From an uncultured Candidatus Pelagibacter sp. (lineage in GTDB: Bacteria > Pseudomonadota > Alphaproteobacteria > Paracaedibacterales > CAIOTO01), in the NCBI GenBank assembly GCA_964415115.1, contig CAYPYB010000006.1, positions 16,325 to 80,324 of the forward strand: DNA of 64,000 nt. The letters run 5' to 3'. The position numbers and the translations under genes were made by a program. Each line of letters starts with the position of its first letter. Position 1 is the first letter of the stretch. Shown in pieces: positions 18,313 through 28,431 of this stretch. The notes below the pieces were generated by a model. It worked only from the letters and a program-made list of their open reading frames with translations, was not told the DNA's origin and did not search any database.

Positions 18313-19227
18313 ATGGAAATAAATTACACTCATTCAGGTCAACTTTTACCTTTCATGCTAGATGAAGGTATTGCACGGGGACGAATTGTAAGGATTACAG
18401 ATTCATCTTTTTCAAAAGAACAACTAGAAACTTATCCTGCCATTGTCTTAACTTATCTTGGCCAACTGATTTGTCTTGGTGCGTCATTAATGGGTGATAT
18501 TAAAGATAGTGGGTCAATGACCCTTCAAATTACTGGGGGCAAATATATCTCTTTAATCGTTGCAGAAATTAACCAAGATGGCACATTTAGAAGCTGTGCT
18601 AGAATTTCTGAAGAAAATTTAAAAAAATTAGATCAAATAGCTTTCTCTTTTCAAGAACTTTTTGAAGGAGGGCAATTTGTCCTGACGTCTAAGTTAAAAG
18701 ATTTTAACGAAGAACACCAAGCGATTATAGAAATACACGGAGAAACCTTAGAATCGTGCCTGCAACATTACTTTGTGCAATCGTGTCAAATACCAACCAT
18801 CATCAAAGTGATTTCTAAAATTGATCCTAAGTCTCTTCACAAAGACTATATTTCAAGCATGCTTTTCATACAAAAACTGCCCCATAAAGAAAACCATAAC
18901 TTGAATCTAGATGCTAACGATTTATGGAATACTTACAAAATTTTTATTGATACTCTTCTTCCAGAAGAAATGCTCGATACACAAATTTCAGATACGTCCA
19001 TTCTTTATCACTTGTTCAATCAACATGTTGTGCACGTCTTCCCTGAAAAAAAAATTCAAATGCGATGCAACTGTTCCCAAGAAAGAATAGAGCAAATCAT
19101 TTTAAATCTTGAAAAAAATATCATGAAGGATGAACCTGAAAAAAAATCTTTATCTATAGATTGTAATTTTTGTCAAAAAAAATATACCGTGGATCTTCAA
19201 AAACTGTTTCATCAAAAATTAAATTAA
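18313..19227 (+). CDS. hslO: Hsp33 redox-regulated chaperone
   Basis: The Hsp33 N-terminal pattern is present, and the C-terminal zinc switch is CNCSQE...CNFCQKKY (CxC...CxxC). Confidence 0.9.
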   Translation: MEINYTHSGQLLPFMLDEGIARGRIVRITDSSFSKEQLETYPAIVLTYLGQLICLGASLMGDIKDSGSMTLQITGGKYISLIVAEINQDGTFRSCARISEENLKKLDQIAFSFQELFEGGQFVLTSKLKDFNEEHQAIIEIHGETLESCLQHYFVQSCQIPTIIKVISKIDPKSLHKDYISSMLFIQKLPHKENHNLNLDANDLWNTYKIFIDTLLPEEMLDTQISDTSILYHLFNQHVVHVFPEKKIQMRCNCSQERIEQIILNLEKNIMKDEPEKKSLSIDCNFCQKKYTVDLQKLFHQKLN

Positions 19228-19940
19228 GAAGCCAAACTACTTTCGTGAAGGATTTCTTCTTTTTGAATAGGATCTCTTAAGACATAACCACGCCCCCAAA
19301 CGGTTTCGATACAACTATCATCACCTAGAGCTTCGCTGATTTTACGCCGCAGCTTACAAATAAACACGTCTATAATTTTTAATTCAGGTTCGTCCATCCC
19401 ACCATACAAATGATTCAAAAACATTTCTTTGGTAAGTGTTGTGCCTTTTCTTAGAGATAATAATTCTAAAATGGCATATTCTTTACCTGTCAAATTAATG
19501 GTTTCATCGCCAACACTTGCTGTTCTATTTTGTAAATTAACAGTCAATTTACCTGTGCGAATAGTTGAATCTCCGTGTCCACGTGAACGCCTAACAATAG
19601 CATGCATTCTTGCCAACAACTCTACTTTATTAAATGGCTTTGTTAAATAATCGTCGGCACCAAAACCAAGACCTTTAACTTTATCATCTGTATCGTTAAG
19701 TCCCGATAACACAAGAACAGGAGTCTTAACCTGAGCTGCGCGTAACCTTCTTAAAACTTCAAACCCATCAATATCAGGCAACATCAAATCAAGAATAATA
19801 ATGTCATATTCATAGAGTTTTCCAATACCTAATCCATCTTCACCAAGGTCTGTGGTATCTACAATGAAACCTTCAGAAACAAGGATATTTTCAATGCTTT
19901 TTGATGTTGTTGAATCGTCTTCGATAAGCAAAATACGCAC
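19224..19940 (-). CDS. ctrA: Cell-cycle response regulator CtrA (OmpR family)
   Basis: [20 protein letters not shown]...TTDLGEDG...[21 protein letters not shown]...KTPVLVLSG...[18 protein letters not shown]...IVRRS closely follows CtrA. It has a GTG start with an AAGGAG Shine-Dalgarno. Confidence 0.9.
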   Translation of the reverse strand: MRILLIEDDSTTSKSIENILVSEGFIVDTTDLGEDGLGIGKLYEYDIIILDLMLPDIDGFEVLRRLRAAQVKTPVLVLSGLNDTDDKVKGLGFGADDYLTKPFNKVELLARMHAIVRRSRGHGDSTIRTGKLTVNLQNRTASVGDETINLTGKEYAILELLSLRKGTTLTKEMFLNHLYGGMDEPELKIIDVFICKLRRKISEALGDDSCIETVWGRGYVLRDPIQKEEILHESSLAS

Positions 19941-20098
19941 GTTAAGCTCCTTAATTGCATTTAAATATAATTTTATGAAAATTTAAAATTAATTTTCTGA
20001 TCTATAAATTAATGTTAGCGAAAACTTTATTAACAGATCATTAAAAAAATACGAAATATCGCATCATTAAAAATCATTCACACAACTATTTGGAAAAT

Positions 20099-20113
20099 TT
20101 AATACAAAATTAA
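20099..20113. promoter_or_regulatory. CtrA-box-like motif TTAA-N7-TTAA in the ctrA upstream region
   Basis: TTAAtacaaaaTTAA lies about 160 nt upstream of the ctrA start. A chance occurrence is plausible in AT-rich DNA. Confidence 0.25.
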
Positions 20114-20191
20114 TTAAAAAAATGTGCAAAATATTTATTTTTTTTTAACTTTTAATAATTAAATTGTTGATGTATATAGAAGCATAAAAAT

Positions 20192-21433
20192 ATGAAATCA
20201 ATAGAATTTACTTTAAAAAAGAAGTCATCTAACAAGCTCTTTAAAAAAGAGCTTGTTAGATTACTATATTCTATTAAAAATATTTCAAAAAAAATATTGC
20301 ATCCCATATTACATTTAGCATGTATTTTTATTTTTTTCATTTTTTCAGATAGTTATATCTTAGCAACAGACACACCACAAAATACATCTGCACTAACAGA
20401 AAACTCTGTAACATTTTCAGCAGCAACAGTTGAACCATCTGCTCCCAGCACAATGGAATCTATTAATGAAGACGTTTTAGAATTAAAACGGAGAATGGAT
20501 GAAGCAGATCAAGTTATTACTTCTCAGAAAAAAACCATCGAATCTCTTAATACCAATATCATTACTATTAATTCCAATATCGACTCTCTCAAAGTTTTAA
20601 AACAAACGTCCACCACACAACCACAACAAAACTCCATTACACCTTCACAACAACCCGGGTTCTGTCCATGCATGCAACAACAACAAGCATTACAGCATCC
20701 TCTCTCTCCACCACGTCAATCATCCATTTATCCTCTTGAGGATGGAAATTATCCTTACAATGATTATGCTGTAAATCCAAACAATTCATATCCTAATGCA
20801 ACAAATTCTGCTCCTTCTTATCAAAACAACCATCCCAATTCGACGAACAACATTGTATCAAATCCGTCCATAAATTCGGCATCTGCGACTTCAATCGAAG
20901 TCAATAACAATAATACTGACTTTATAAATTCAAATCCAAACAGCCAATATCAAGCAGCAAACACCGACTATAATCAATCTCTAAGCCCTCCACCACCAAC
21001 CGTCCCCAACACGAATACTTATCCAAATGGGCAATCTGGATTTGGAGCAAACTATGCCCCTCCTCCCCCTACTATAACAAATATTGGTGATGTAACACCT
21101 GTTGATAATTCAGCACCTAATGCTCAAATCTCTGCATCACAAAATCTTGCTGTTCCTGCTGAGACTCCTCCTCTTCCCACAGTAACTACGTCTATCGCTC
21201 CTATTGCCCCCGCAGTTGCAGTAACGGCAGCTTCACAAACGACATCGTCTGTTGTTGGCAATCTTATTGGTGGATTATTCAGTGGAGGAACAACACCAGA
21301 AACAACAAGTACAAATTCAGCAAATACCTCGACCAATACACCTCCTTCTACTGCTACACCTGTTCCAGCAAAAAGCTCTTCATCGGCCAGCAGTTTAGTT
21401 GGTTCTTTAGTGAGCGGATTATTGGGCGGATAG
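20192..21433 (+). CDS. Low-complexity P/N/Q/S/T-rich membrane-anchored or secreted protein
   Basis: It has a basic N-terminus, a hydrophobic helix (ILHLACIFIFFIF), a short coiled coil and a long proline/asparagine-rich tail. Two glycine-zipper-like motifs are present (VGNLIGGLFSGG, VGSLVSGLLGG). Confidence 0.6.
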   Translation: MKSIEFTLKKKSSNKLFKKELVRLLYSIKNISKKILHPILHLACIFIFFIFSDSYILATDTPQNTSALTENSVTFSAATVEPSAPSTMESINEDVLELKRRMDEADQVITSQKKTIESLNTNIITINSNIDSLKVLKQTSTTQPQQNSITPSQQPGFCPCMQQQQALQHPLSPPRQSSIYPLEDGNYPYNDYAVNPNNSYPNATNSAPSYQNNHPNSTNNIVSNPSINSASATSIEVNNNNTDFINSNPNSQYQAANTDYNQSLSPPPPTVPNTNTYPNGQSGFGANYAPPPPTITNIGDVTPVDNSAPNAQISASQNLAVPAETPPLPTVTTSIAPIAPAVAVTAASQTTSSVVGNLIGGLFSGGTTPETTSTNSANTSTNTPPSTATPVPAKSSSSASSLVGSLVSGLLGG

Positions 21434-21585
21434 AAGATATAGCTGTATTTCAATCAATAATATTGAAAGTGACATGGGTATCGAAATTTACGACCGCATA
21501 TTGTACATTAATTTTTCATGATTGACTCAAAAATAAGAATAGATCATACTATTGTTATAAAAATTTTTATTTTAGTATTTTCAAA

Positions 21586-22512
21586 ATGATCGACATCTAT
21601 GCATTTTATCAATTCATCCAAATCAACGACTGTCAAAAAATAAAAGACAGCTTTCAAAATAAAGCAGATGAATTAGGTCTAAAAGGCATCTTCCTGGTTG
21701 CTCCAGAAGGAATTAACGCAACAGTGTCTGGATCATCAGATAATATGAAGAATTTCATACAATTCATAGCTGAAACGTTAGATATTGAAAAAATTGATTA
21801 TAAAGTTTCGCATCACTTTGAACATCCATTTCATAGAATGAAAGTGAAAATAAAAAAAGAAATTATCACATTTAAACAAGATCATATCAGACCTGATCAG
21901 ATTGTGGGTAAATATCTGAATACACAAGAATGGAACGATCTACTTAACGATCCTGACACCATTATTGTCGACACACGCAATGATTATGAATATGAATTGG
22001 GCACATTTAAAAATGCTCTGAATCCTAAAACAAAGAAGTTTACAGAATTTGCAAATTACGTCGATACCGATTTAGCTGAATTTAAAGACAAAAAAATCGC
22101 AACATTTTGCACAGGTGGTGTTCGTTGTGAAAAAGCAACATCCTTTATGATCGACCGTGGATTTCAAAATGTATATCATCTTAAAGGTGGCATTTTAAAA
22201 TATTTGGAAGAAGTAGATCCTTCTGAAAATTTGTGGGAAGGCGAATGCTTTGTCTTTGATCAACGCGTTGGTGTGCATGAAAAAGTTGAAGTTTCAGACT
22301 GTATCTTGTGCCATGGTTGTAGACACACACTTAAAACATCCGATACTACTTCAGAATTTTATGAACCAGGGGTAAGTTGTCATCATTGTTATGCAGATCT
22401 CACACCTGAAAAGATCAAAAGCAGAAGAGATCGACAAAAACAAATTCAACTCGCAGCAAGTAGAAACACACAACATCTTGGTATCCCTCATCAGCATCAT
22501 AAAAATATTTAA
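21586..22512 (+). CDS. trhO: Rhodanese-related tRNA uridine(34) hydroxylase (UPF0176/YceA family)
   Basis: The UPF0176 N-domain is followed by a rhodanese domain with active site FCTGGVRCEK. A C-terminal Cys cluster is also present (CILCHGC...CHHC). Confidence 0.85.
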   Translation: MIDIYAFYQFIQINDCQKIKDSFQNKADELGLKGIFLVAPEGINATVSGSSDNMKNFIQFIAETLDIEKIDYKVSHHFEHPFHRMKVKIKKEIITFKQDHIRPDQIVGKYLNTQEWNDLLNDPDTIIVDTRNDYEYELGTFKNALNPKTKKFTEFANYVDTDLAEFKDKKIATFCTGGVRCEKATSFMIDRGFQNVYHLKGGILKYLEEVDPSENLWEGECFVFDQRVGVHEKVEVSDCILCHGCRHTLKTSDTTSEFYEPGVSCHHCYADLTPEKIKSRRDRQKQIQLAASRNTQHLGIPHQHHKNI

Positions 22513-22599
22513 TTTAAATGAGTATTTTAAAGCTTAGTTTTTAACTTTTATGAAATTGAGCTTTGACTTCAAATATAAGTCGGGAATTTTAAAATAACT

Positions 22600-22628
22600 T
22601 TGATTTTAGTGTGAAAAATCTGTATAAT
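22600..22628 (+). promoter_or_regulatory. Candidate sigma-70 promoter for rpsA
   Basis: TTGATT-17 nt-TATAAT lies about 70 nt upstream of the rpsA ATG. Confidence 0.4.
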
Positions 22629-22698
22629 AGAGAAATATGTTAACTCTCACCGTTTTAGGGTGCAAAAACACTCCAAAGCATACTATACAGGATCTTAC

Positions 22699-24408
22699 AT
22701 GAACCACCTTACAAACTCCCTTCTTAACACAACATCTACAGAATCATTTTCATCTCTTCTCGAAGAGTTCATGGGCGACAGCGTTTCCCTAGAAGGAAAA
22801 ATTGTAAAAGGAACAGTTGTATCTATTTACAACAACTATGCAGTTCTTGATGTTGGCATGAAATCAGAAGGTCGCGTACCATTAAAAGAATTAAGCCCAA
22901 GAGGAATTGAATCTGATGTTAAGATTGGCGATCAAATCGATGTATATATTGAACGTCTAGAAGATAAAAACGGCGAAGCTGTTTTAAGCGTTGAAAAAGC
23001 AAAACGTGAAGCAGCTTGGATGGAACTTGAAACTGCACAAAAAGATGGAACCCTTATTAATGGTATCATCTTTGGAAAAGTTAAAGGTGGTTTTGCTGTT
23101 GATCTTAATGGTGCCATTGCTTTCTTACCAGGAAGCCAAGTAGACATTCGCCCTATCCGCGACATCACTCCTTTAATGAATATTACTCAGCCATTTAAAC
23201 TTTTAAAAATGGATAAGCAACGTAGCAATATCGTTGTTTCACGTCGTGCCGTTCTTGAAGAAACGCGCGCTGAAGCACGTACAGAAATTGTTTCACAACT
23301 TGAAGAAAATCAAGTTATGGAAGGTATGGTTAAAAATATTACTGATTACGGTGCCTTTATTGATCTTGGTGGTGTAGACGGTTTATTACACGTAACAGAT
23401 ATCTCTTGGAGAAGAATTAATCACCCAGGTGATGTTCTCAAAGTAGGTGATTCTGTAAAAGTTGTTATTATTCGCTTCAACAAAGAAACACAACGCATTA
23501 GCCTTGGCATGAAACAACTTGAAGAAGATCCATGGAAAGGTAAAGAAGACCTTTTCCAAATCGGTTCCAAACTAAAAGGAACGATTACAAGCATTACTGA
23601 TTACGGTGCTTTCGTTGAACTTCAAGGAAATGTTGAAGGTCTTATCTATGTTACTGAAATGAGCTGGATTAAGAAAAACGTACACCCAAGCAAAATTGTA
23701 GAAGTTGGTCAAGAAGTTGATGTTGTGATCTTAGAAGTTGATTCAACAAAACGTCGTATCAGCCTAGGTCTAAAACAATGCACAGAAAACCCATGGAAAG
23801 AATTCTTGGATAAGCATCCTATAGGTAGCGTTATCGAAGGATCTATCAAAAATATAACAGAATTTGGTTTGTTTGTAGGTGTGACAGATATGCTCGACGG
23901 TATGATTCACCTTTCTGATTTGGCATGGGATTCTAATACAGATGACCTGATCAAACAATTCAGCAAAGGCATGAACATTCAAGTTAAAGTTCTTGACGTT
24001 GACCCTGAAAAAGAAAGAATCAGCTTAGGCATTAAACAGCTTACAGAAAACAAATTTGACAAAGCTGATCAAAACTTTAAAAAAGGTGATTCCGTAACAG
24101 GTACTGTTTCTATGATTGGCGATAAATTCATCGAAGTATCGCTTGAAGATGGTATTGTTGGTATTATCAAAAAAGCAGACTTGTCACGTGACAGAGACTT
24201 ACAACGTCCTGATAGATTTGCTGTAGGTGAAAAAGTTGATTCCAAGGTTTTAAGCCTTGATAAATCATCAAACAAAGTAAACCTATCCATTAAAGCTCTT
24301 GAAGTTGAAGAAGAAAAGAAAGTTCTTGCAGAATACGGTTCATCCGATAGTGGTGCAAGTCTTGGAGATATTCTTGGAGCAGCAATGAAAAAGAAAAGTG
24401 ATCAGTAG
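22699..24408 (+). CDS. rpsA: 30S ribosomal protein S1
   Basis: It has six S1 repeats (for example GTVVSIYNNYAVLDVGMKSEGRVP, GMVKNITDYGAFIDLGGVDGLLHVTDISW). I prefer the ATG at 22699, preceded by AGGA. Confidence 0.95.
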   Translation: MNHLTNSLLNTTSTESFSSLLEEFMGDSVSLEGKIVKGTVVSIYNNYAVLDVGMKSEGRVPLKELSPRGIESDVKIGDQIDVYIERLEDKNGEAVLSVEKAKREAAWMELETAQKDGTLINGIIFGKVKGGFAVDLNGAIAFLPGSQVDIRPIRDITPLMNITQPFKLLKMDKQRSNIVVSRRAVLEETRAEARTEIVSQLEENQVMEGMVKNITDYGAFIDLGGVDGLLHVTDISWRRINHPGDVLKVGDSVKVVIIRFNKETQRISLGMKQLEEDPWKGKEDLFQIGSKLKGTITSITDYGAFVELQGNVEGLIYVTEMSWIKKNVHPSKIVEVGQEVDVVILEVDSTKRRISLGLKQCTENPWKEFLDKHPIGSVIEGSIKNITEFGLFVGVTDMLDGMIHLSDLAWDSNTDDLIKQFSKGMNIQVKVLDVDPEKERISLGIKQLTENKFDKADQNFKKGDSVTGTVSMIGDKFIEVSLEDGIVGIIKKADLSRDRDLQRPDRFAVGEKVDSKVLSLDKSSNKVNLSIKALEVEEEKKVLAEYGSSDSGASLGDILGAAMKKKSDQ

Positions 24409-24457
24409 TTTTATCTCATCTTTTTAAAAGATTGATTTTTACTGCAAAATCTTTAGA

Positions 24458-24483
24458 ATGGGCCTTACAAGGCCCATTTTTTT
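24458..24483 (+). terminator. Rho-independent terminator after rpsA
   Basis: The stem is ATGGGCC-ttacaa-GGCCCAT, running into a T7 tract. Confidence 0.7.
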
Positions 24484-24494
24484 ATTGATATGAT

Positions 24495-24935
24495 ATGCTC
24501 TTCCCCCCTCAATTTCTAAAATGTATTCCTCTCTTTTTTTTGACACTAATAGCAACACATACTAATTCTATTAACGCAAGTAATTATGGATTTTTTGAAG
24601 ATTTAGAAAGCCGGAAAAGAATAGATAACCCCTTTGAATTTAAAGATGATAAACCTATTCTTGCAACACAATCTGAATCATATAATGAAGTTCATCAACA
24701 TCAATGCAAGCCTCCTCTATCTAAGAAATCAAGCTATCACTCTTTTGTATTTGCTCAAGATACAAAGATATATGAAGAAGAAATTATGATTGCTGAATAT
24801 ACGGACAATATCATTCGGGTTGATAGTCAACAAACAGGGGTTGTAGAAAGCATGCTTCAACCAGAAAATAAAAAGAGAAAAAGGCTTTCGATAGTCGCAC
24901 AGCTCAGTAAATTCTTTTGTTACCCTGAAGTTTAG
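24495..24935 (+). CDS. Hypothetical secreted protein
   Basis: It has a signal peptide (LKCIPLFFLTLIATHTNSINA) and a basic KKRKR cluster near the C-terminus. I recognise no family. Confidence 0.45.
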   Translation: MLFPPQFLKCIPLFFLTLIATHTNSINASNYGFFEDLESRKRIDNPFEFKDDKPILATQSESYNEVHQHQCKPPLSKKSSYHSFVFAQDTKIYEEEIMIAEYTDNIIRVDSQQTGVVESMLQPENKKRKRLSIVAQLSKFFCYPEV

Positions 24936-24943
24936 CTCATCCT

Positions 24944-25783
24944 ATGAAACTTCAACTATCATTAAGGCCTGGCCTATACTGTATAGCCACACCCATTGGA
25001 AATCTTAAAGATATAACCATTAGGGCTCTTGAAACACTTCAAAGTGTGGATTACATTTTATGTGAAGACACAAGAGTTACAGCAAAATTAACAAGCCACT
25101 ATGGCATAAAGAAAAAACTGGTTGTTTATAACGACCATTCATCTGAAGCCGATCGTCAAAGAATTATTTCCGATATATTAGAGGGGTCAAAAATAGGTTT
25201 AGTAAGTGATGCAGGAACCCCGCTTATCAATGACCCTGGGGTTAAGTTACTGAGAGAATGCCATAAGAACAATTGCTACATCACAACCCTACCAGGACCC
25301 TCTGCTGTTACAGCTGGGCTAATATTATCGGGTTTAGCTAGTCATCAATTTTCATTCCTCGGTTTTTTTGATCCAAAGTCTTATGAGGACCTAAGGTATA
25401 GACCAGGAACACTCATTTTTTTTGAATCTCCGCACAGACTTATACAAACATTAGAATTTTTTAAAAAGATTGCTGAAAATAGAATAATATCTGTTGTTCG
25501 CGAAATATCTAAAATGTATGAAGATGTTCAATCCGGAAGCGTTGACGCCTTGCTTAACTACTATACAAACAAACCTCCTAAGGGTGAGATTGTTATAGTT
25601 CTTGGAGATTTGCCGCAGATAACATTATCTGATGAACACATCAGCAATATCATCGACACATGCCTACAATCTATGTCAGCTAAAGAAACTACAGAATATA
25701 TCAAACTGATGAACAGAGATCTTTCAAAGAAAAAAATATATAATATGGTGCTGGATGCGCTTCAAAAGCATCCTTCAAAATGA
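24944..25783 (+). CDS. rsmI: 16S rRNA (cytidine1402-2'-O)-methyltransferase
   Basis: LYCIATPIGNLKDITIRALETLQSVDYILCEDTR and SDAGTPLINDPG are typical RsmI (tetrapyrrole-methylase fold) motifs. Confidence 0.9.
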   Translation: MKLQLSLRPGLYCIATPIGNLKDITIRALETLQSVDYILCEDTRVTAKLTSHYGIKKKLVVYNDHSSEADRQRIISDILEGSKIGLVSDAGTPLINDPGVKLLRECHKNNCYITTLPGPSAVTAGLILSGLASHQFSFLGFFDPKSYEDLRYRPGTLIFFESPHRLIQTLEFFKKIAENRIISVVREISKMYEDVQSGSVDALLNYYTNKPPKGEIVIVLGDLPQITLSDEHISNIIDTCLQSMSAKETTEYIKLMNRDLSKKKIYNMVLDALQKHPSK

Positions 25784-25897
25784 CATCAAAAACTAACATT
25801 GAATTCTCGACATACTGCAAAGATTCTGGTATTATTTAAAGAAAATGTATATTTTGGAGATACTACAATAGTTCGAAACGTGAATGATATTAACAAT

Positions 25898-26425
25898 ATG
25901 AAGGACCATAAAAACAATGATGGACCTGCCATTAACGAAGAAATCAAAGCATCAAAAGTTAGGCTTATTGGCCCTGATGGTGAAATGATCGGTATCCTTG
26001 ACAAAAATGATGCTATACAAAAGGCATATGAATTTGGCCTTGATCTCGTAGAAATTTCTCCTAATGCCGAACCTCCAGTTTGTAAAATTCTAGATAATGG
26101 AAAATACAAATACGAATTGCAAAAGAAAAAAAATGAAGCAAAAAAGAAACAAAAAATTGTTGAACTTAAAGAACTTCAAGTAGGACCACTTATCAGTATC
26201 AATGATTTTGAAGTTAAAAGAAGAGCAGCTGAAAAGTTTTTAGGTGAAGGAAATAAAGTAAAAGTTGTTATGAGATTTAAAGGACGACAAATGAGTCATC
26301 CTGAAATTGGAATGGCAGTTATTGATCGCTTCAAAAACGCACTAGTTGATCACGCAAAAATAGAAACTTCACCAAAATTAGAAGGCAAACAAATTCTAAT
26401 GATTCTTGGTCCTAAAACCGTCTAA
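25898..26425 (+). CDS. infC: Translation initiation factor IF-3
   Basis: INEEIKASKVRLIGPDGEMIG...LDLVEISPNAEPPVCKILDNGKYKYE matches IF-3. The start is ambiguous between the ATG at 25898 and an in-frame ATA at 25868 that sits 7 nt after GGAGA. Confidence 0.9.
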   Translation: MKDHKNNDGPAINEEIKASKVRLIGPDGEMIGILDKNDAIQKAYEFGLDLVEISPNAEPPVCKILDNGKYKYELQKKKNEAKKKQKIVELKELQVGPLISINDFEVKRRAAEKFLGEGNKVKVVMRFKGRQMSHPEIGMAVIDRFKNALVDHAKIETSPKLEGKQILMILGPKTV

Positions 26426-26435
26426 AGGATATAAA

Positions 26436-26738
26436 ATGTATAACGTAATGCTTATAACCCTACTGATCGTTACATCGTTGATGATCATCATCATTCTTCT
26501 TCAAAAAAATGATGGAAACAGCTCTGTTCTTGGATCCAGCGGATCAAGTGGAATGTTTTCTGCACGTGGAACAGCTAACTTACTAACACGCATTACATCC
26601 GTACTTGCGGCTATCTTTTTGTCTCTTTGTGTTTTAATGATGTGGCATTCAGCACATTATTCTGCAAAGCCAAAAAAACTTTTTGAACAAACAACTGAAA
26701 AAGTACAGGCTAAAACTAAAGATCAAGCAAAAAAATAA
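26436..26738 (+). CDS. secG: Preprotein translocase subunit SecG
   Basis: MYNVMLITLLIVTSLMIIIILLQKNDG...G..G...MFSARGTANLLTRIT matches SecG. An AAGGA Shine-Dalgarno precedes the ATG at 26436. Confidence 0.9.
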   Translation: MYNVMLITLLIVTSLMIIIILLQKNDGNSSVLGSSGSSGMFSARGTANLLTRITSVLAAIFLSLCVLMMWHSAHYSAKPKKLFEQTTEKVQAKTKDQAKK

Positions 26739-26756
26739 ATCACTGGGGTTTTAAAA

Positions 26757-28394
26757 TTGGATCATTCTCTTTCAACATCTGAATCAAAATTTATATTCAT
26801 TACAGGAGGCGTAAGCTCTTCTTTAGGAAAAGGGCTATCTGCAGCATCTTTGGGTGCCCTACTTCAATGCAGAGGGTACAGTGTTCGCATTAGAAAATTA
26901 GATCCTTATTTAAATATAGATCCTGGGACATTAAGCCCCTATCAACATGGTGAAGTTTTTGTAACCGATGATGGGACAGAAGCGGATCTTGATTTGGGGC
27001 ATTATGAAAGATTTACAGGCGTTAATGCTAAAGGTTCAGATTATTGCACAACAGGGAAAATATATTCTACCGTTTTATCCAGAGAAAGACGCGGTGATTA
27101 TTTAGGAGCAACCGTACAAGTTATCCCACACATCACAGATCAGATGAAAACTTTCATTCTAAATGAAACAGACGGCATTGATTTTGTGATTTGTGAAATT
27201 GGCGGAACAGTTGGTGACATAGAAGGATTACCCTATCTAGAAACTATTAGACAGCTTAAAAATGATTTAGGTCAAGAACGTGTTATGTTTATTCATTTAA
27301 CACTCCTTCCCTACGTTTCAACAGCTGGTGAATTAAAAACCAAACCGACTCAACACTCAGTCAAAGAGTTACTAAGATCAGGTATTCAAGCCGATTTACT
27401 ATTGTGCCGATCCGACAGACCGATACCTCTTGACGCAAAAAAGAAATTAGCGCAGTTTTGCAATGTTCCTCCACAAAGAGTTATTGCTGCACTCGATGCT
27501 GATAACATCTACAAAGTTCCAATGCAGTATCATGCAGAAGGGTTTGATGAACAAATCTGCAAATATTTTAGAATTCCCACTGAAAAATTAGATCTATCTG
27601 TTTGGGAAGATATTGTCAAAAAAATCGATGCTGATAAAAAATCTATCACCATTGGAATTGTTGGAAAATACGTTCAACTTCCAGATGCTTACAAATCAAT
27701 TTTTCAAGCACTTCAGCACTCTGGTTTTATTAACAATCTCAACATTGACGTAAAACTTATTGATTCAGAAGATGAAAATAGCTGCATTCAAGAAATAACC
27801 CTTTGTGACGGTGTTATTGTAGCTGGAGGATTTGGTTCTCGTGGTATTCAAGGTAAAATTGACGCCATCCAATATTTAAGAGAACAAAAAATTCCAACCT
27901 TAGGTATTTGCCTTGGTATGCAGCTAAGCATTATTGAAGCATGCAGAAATCTTTTAGGCATAAAAGATGCATCTAGCACAGAATTCGGACCAACACTAGA
28001 ACCCGTTATATGCCTGATGACAGAATGGCTTAAAGAAAATAGTGTAGAAACACGAACAGTAAACGAAAATCTCGGTGGAACTATGCGTCTTGGCGCCTAT
28101 CCCTGTGTAATCAAGCGAGGTACACTTGCTGAAAAAACGTATTGCACAAATACAGTTTCAGAAAGGCATCGCCACAGATACGAAATTAGTTTGAAATATA
28201 AAGATAAACTTCAAGAAAAAGGGCTTATATTTTCTGGATTATCTCCTGATGGTCAATTACCTGAAATTCTTGAATACACCAATCATCCATGGTTTATTGC
28301 TGTTCAGTTTCATCCTGAATTAAAATCGAAACCATTTGATCCTCATCCCTTATTTGTTGGATTAACCAAAGCAGCTTGCGAACATAAAAAATAA
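26757..28394 (+). CDS. pyrG: CTP synthase
   Basis: KFIFITGGVSSSLGKG is the N-terminal motif. The C-terminal glutamine amidotransferase domain has GICLGMQ and HRHRYE. Confidence 0.95.
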   Translation: MDHSLSTSESKFIFITGGVSSSLGKGLSAASLGALLQCRGYSVRIRKLDPYLNIDPGTLSPYQHGEVFVTDDGTEADLDLGHYERFTGVNAKGSDYCTTGKIYSTVLSRERRGDYLGATVQVIPHITDQMKTFILNETDGIDFVICEIGGTVGDIEGLPYLETIRQLKNDLGQERVMFIHLTLLPYVSTAGELKTKPTQHSVKELLRSGIQADLLLCRSDRPIPLDAKKKLAQFCNVPPQRVIAALDADNIYKVPMQYHAEGFDEQICKYFRIPTEKLDLSVWEDIVKKIDADKKSITIGIVGKYVQLPDAYKSIFQALQHSGFINNLNIDVKLIDSEDENSCIQEITLCDGVIVAGGFGSRGIQGKIDAIQYLREQKIPTLGICLGMQLSIIEACRNLLGIKDASSTEFGPTLEPVICLMTEWLKENSVETRTVNENLGGTMRLGAYPCVIKRGTLAEKTYCTNTVSERHRHRYEISLKYKDKLQEKGLIFSGLSPDGQLPEILEYTNHPWFIAVQFHPELKSKPFDPHPLFVGLTKAACEHKK

Positions 28395-28431
28395 ATTTTC
28401 TTTATTTATGCAACGATTAGTGTGTTACGGA

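Noticed and set aside
18179-18322. 47-aa ORF (MKKHSLYDLKKKCANRNK...) overlapping the hslO start
   Set aside because: It has no Shine-Dalgarno, overlaps a well-supported start codon region, and shows no recognisable similarity.
21124-21453. 109-aa minus-strand ORF
   Set aside because: It is antisense to the low-complexity C-terminal region of the 20192..21433 gene.
25786-26109. 107-aa minus-strand ORF
   Set aside because: It is antisense to infC, whose IF-3 identity is unambiguous.
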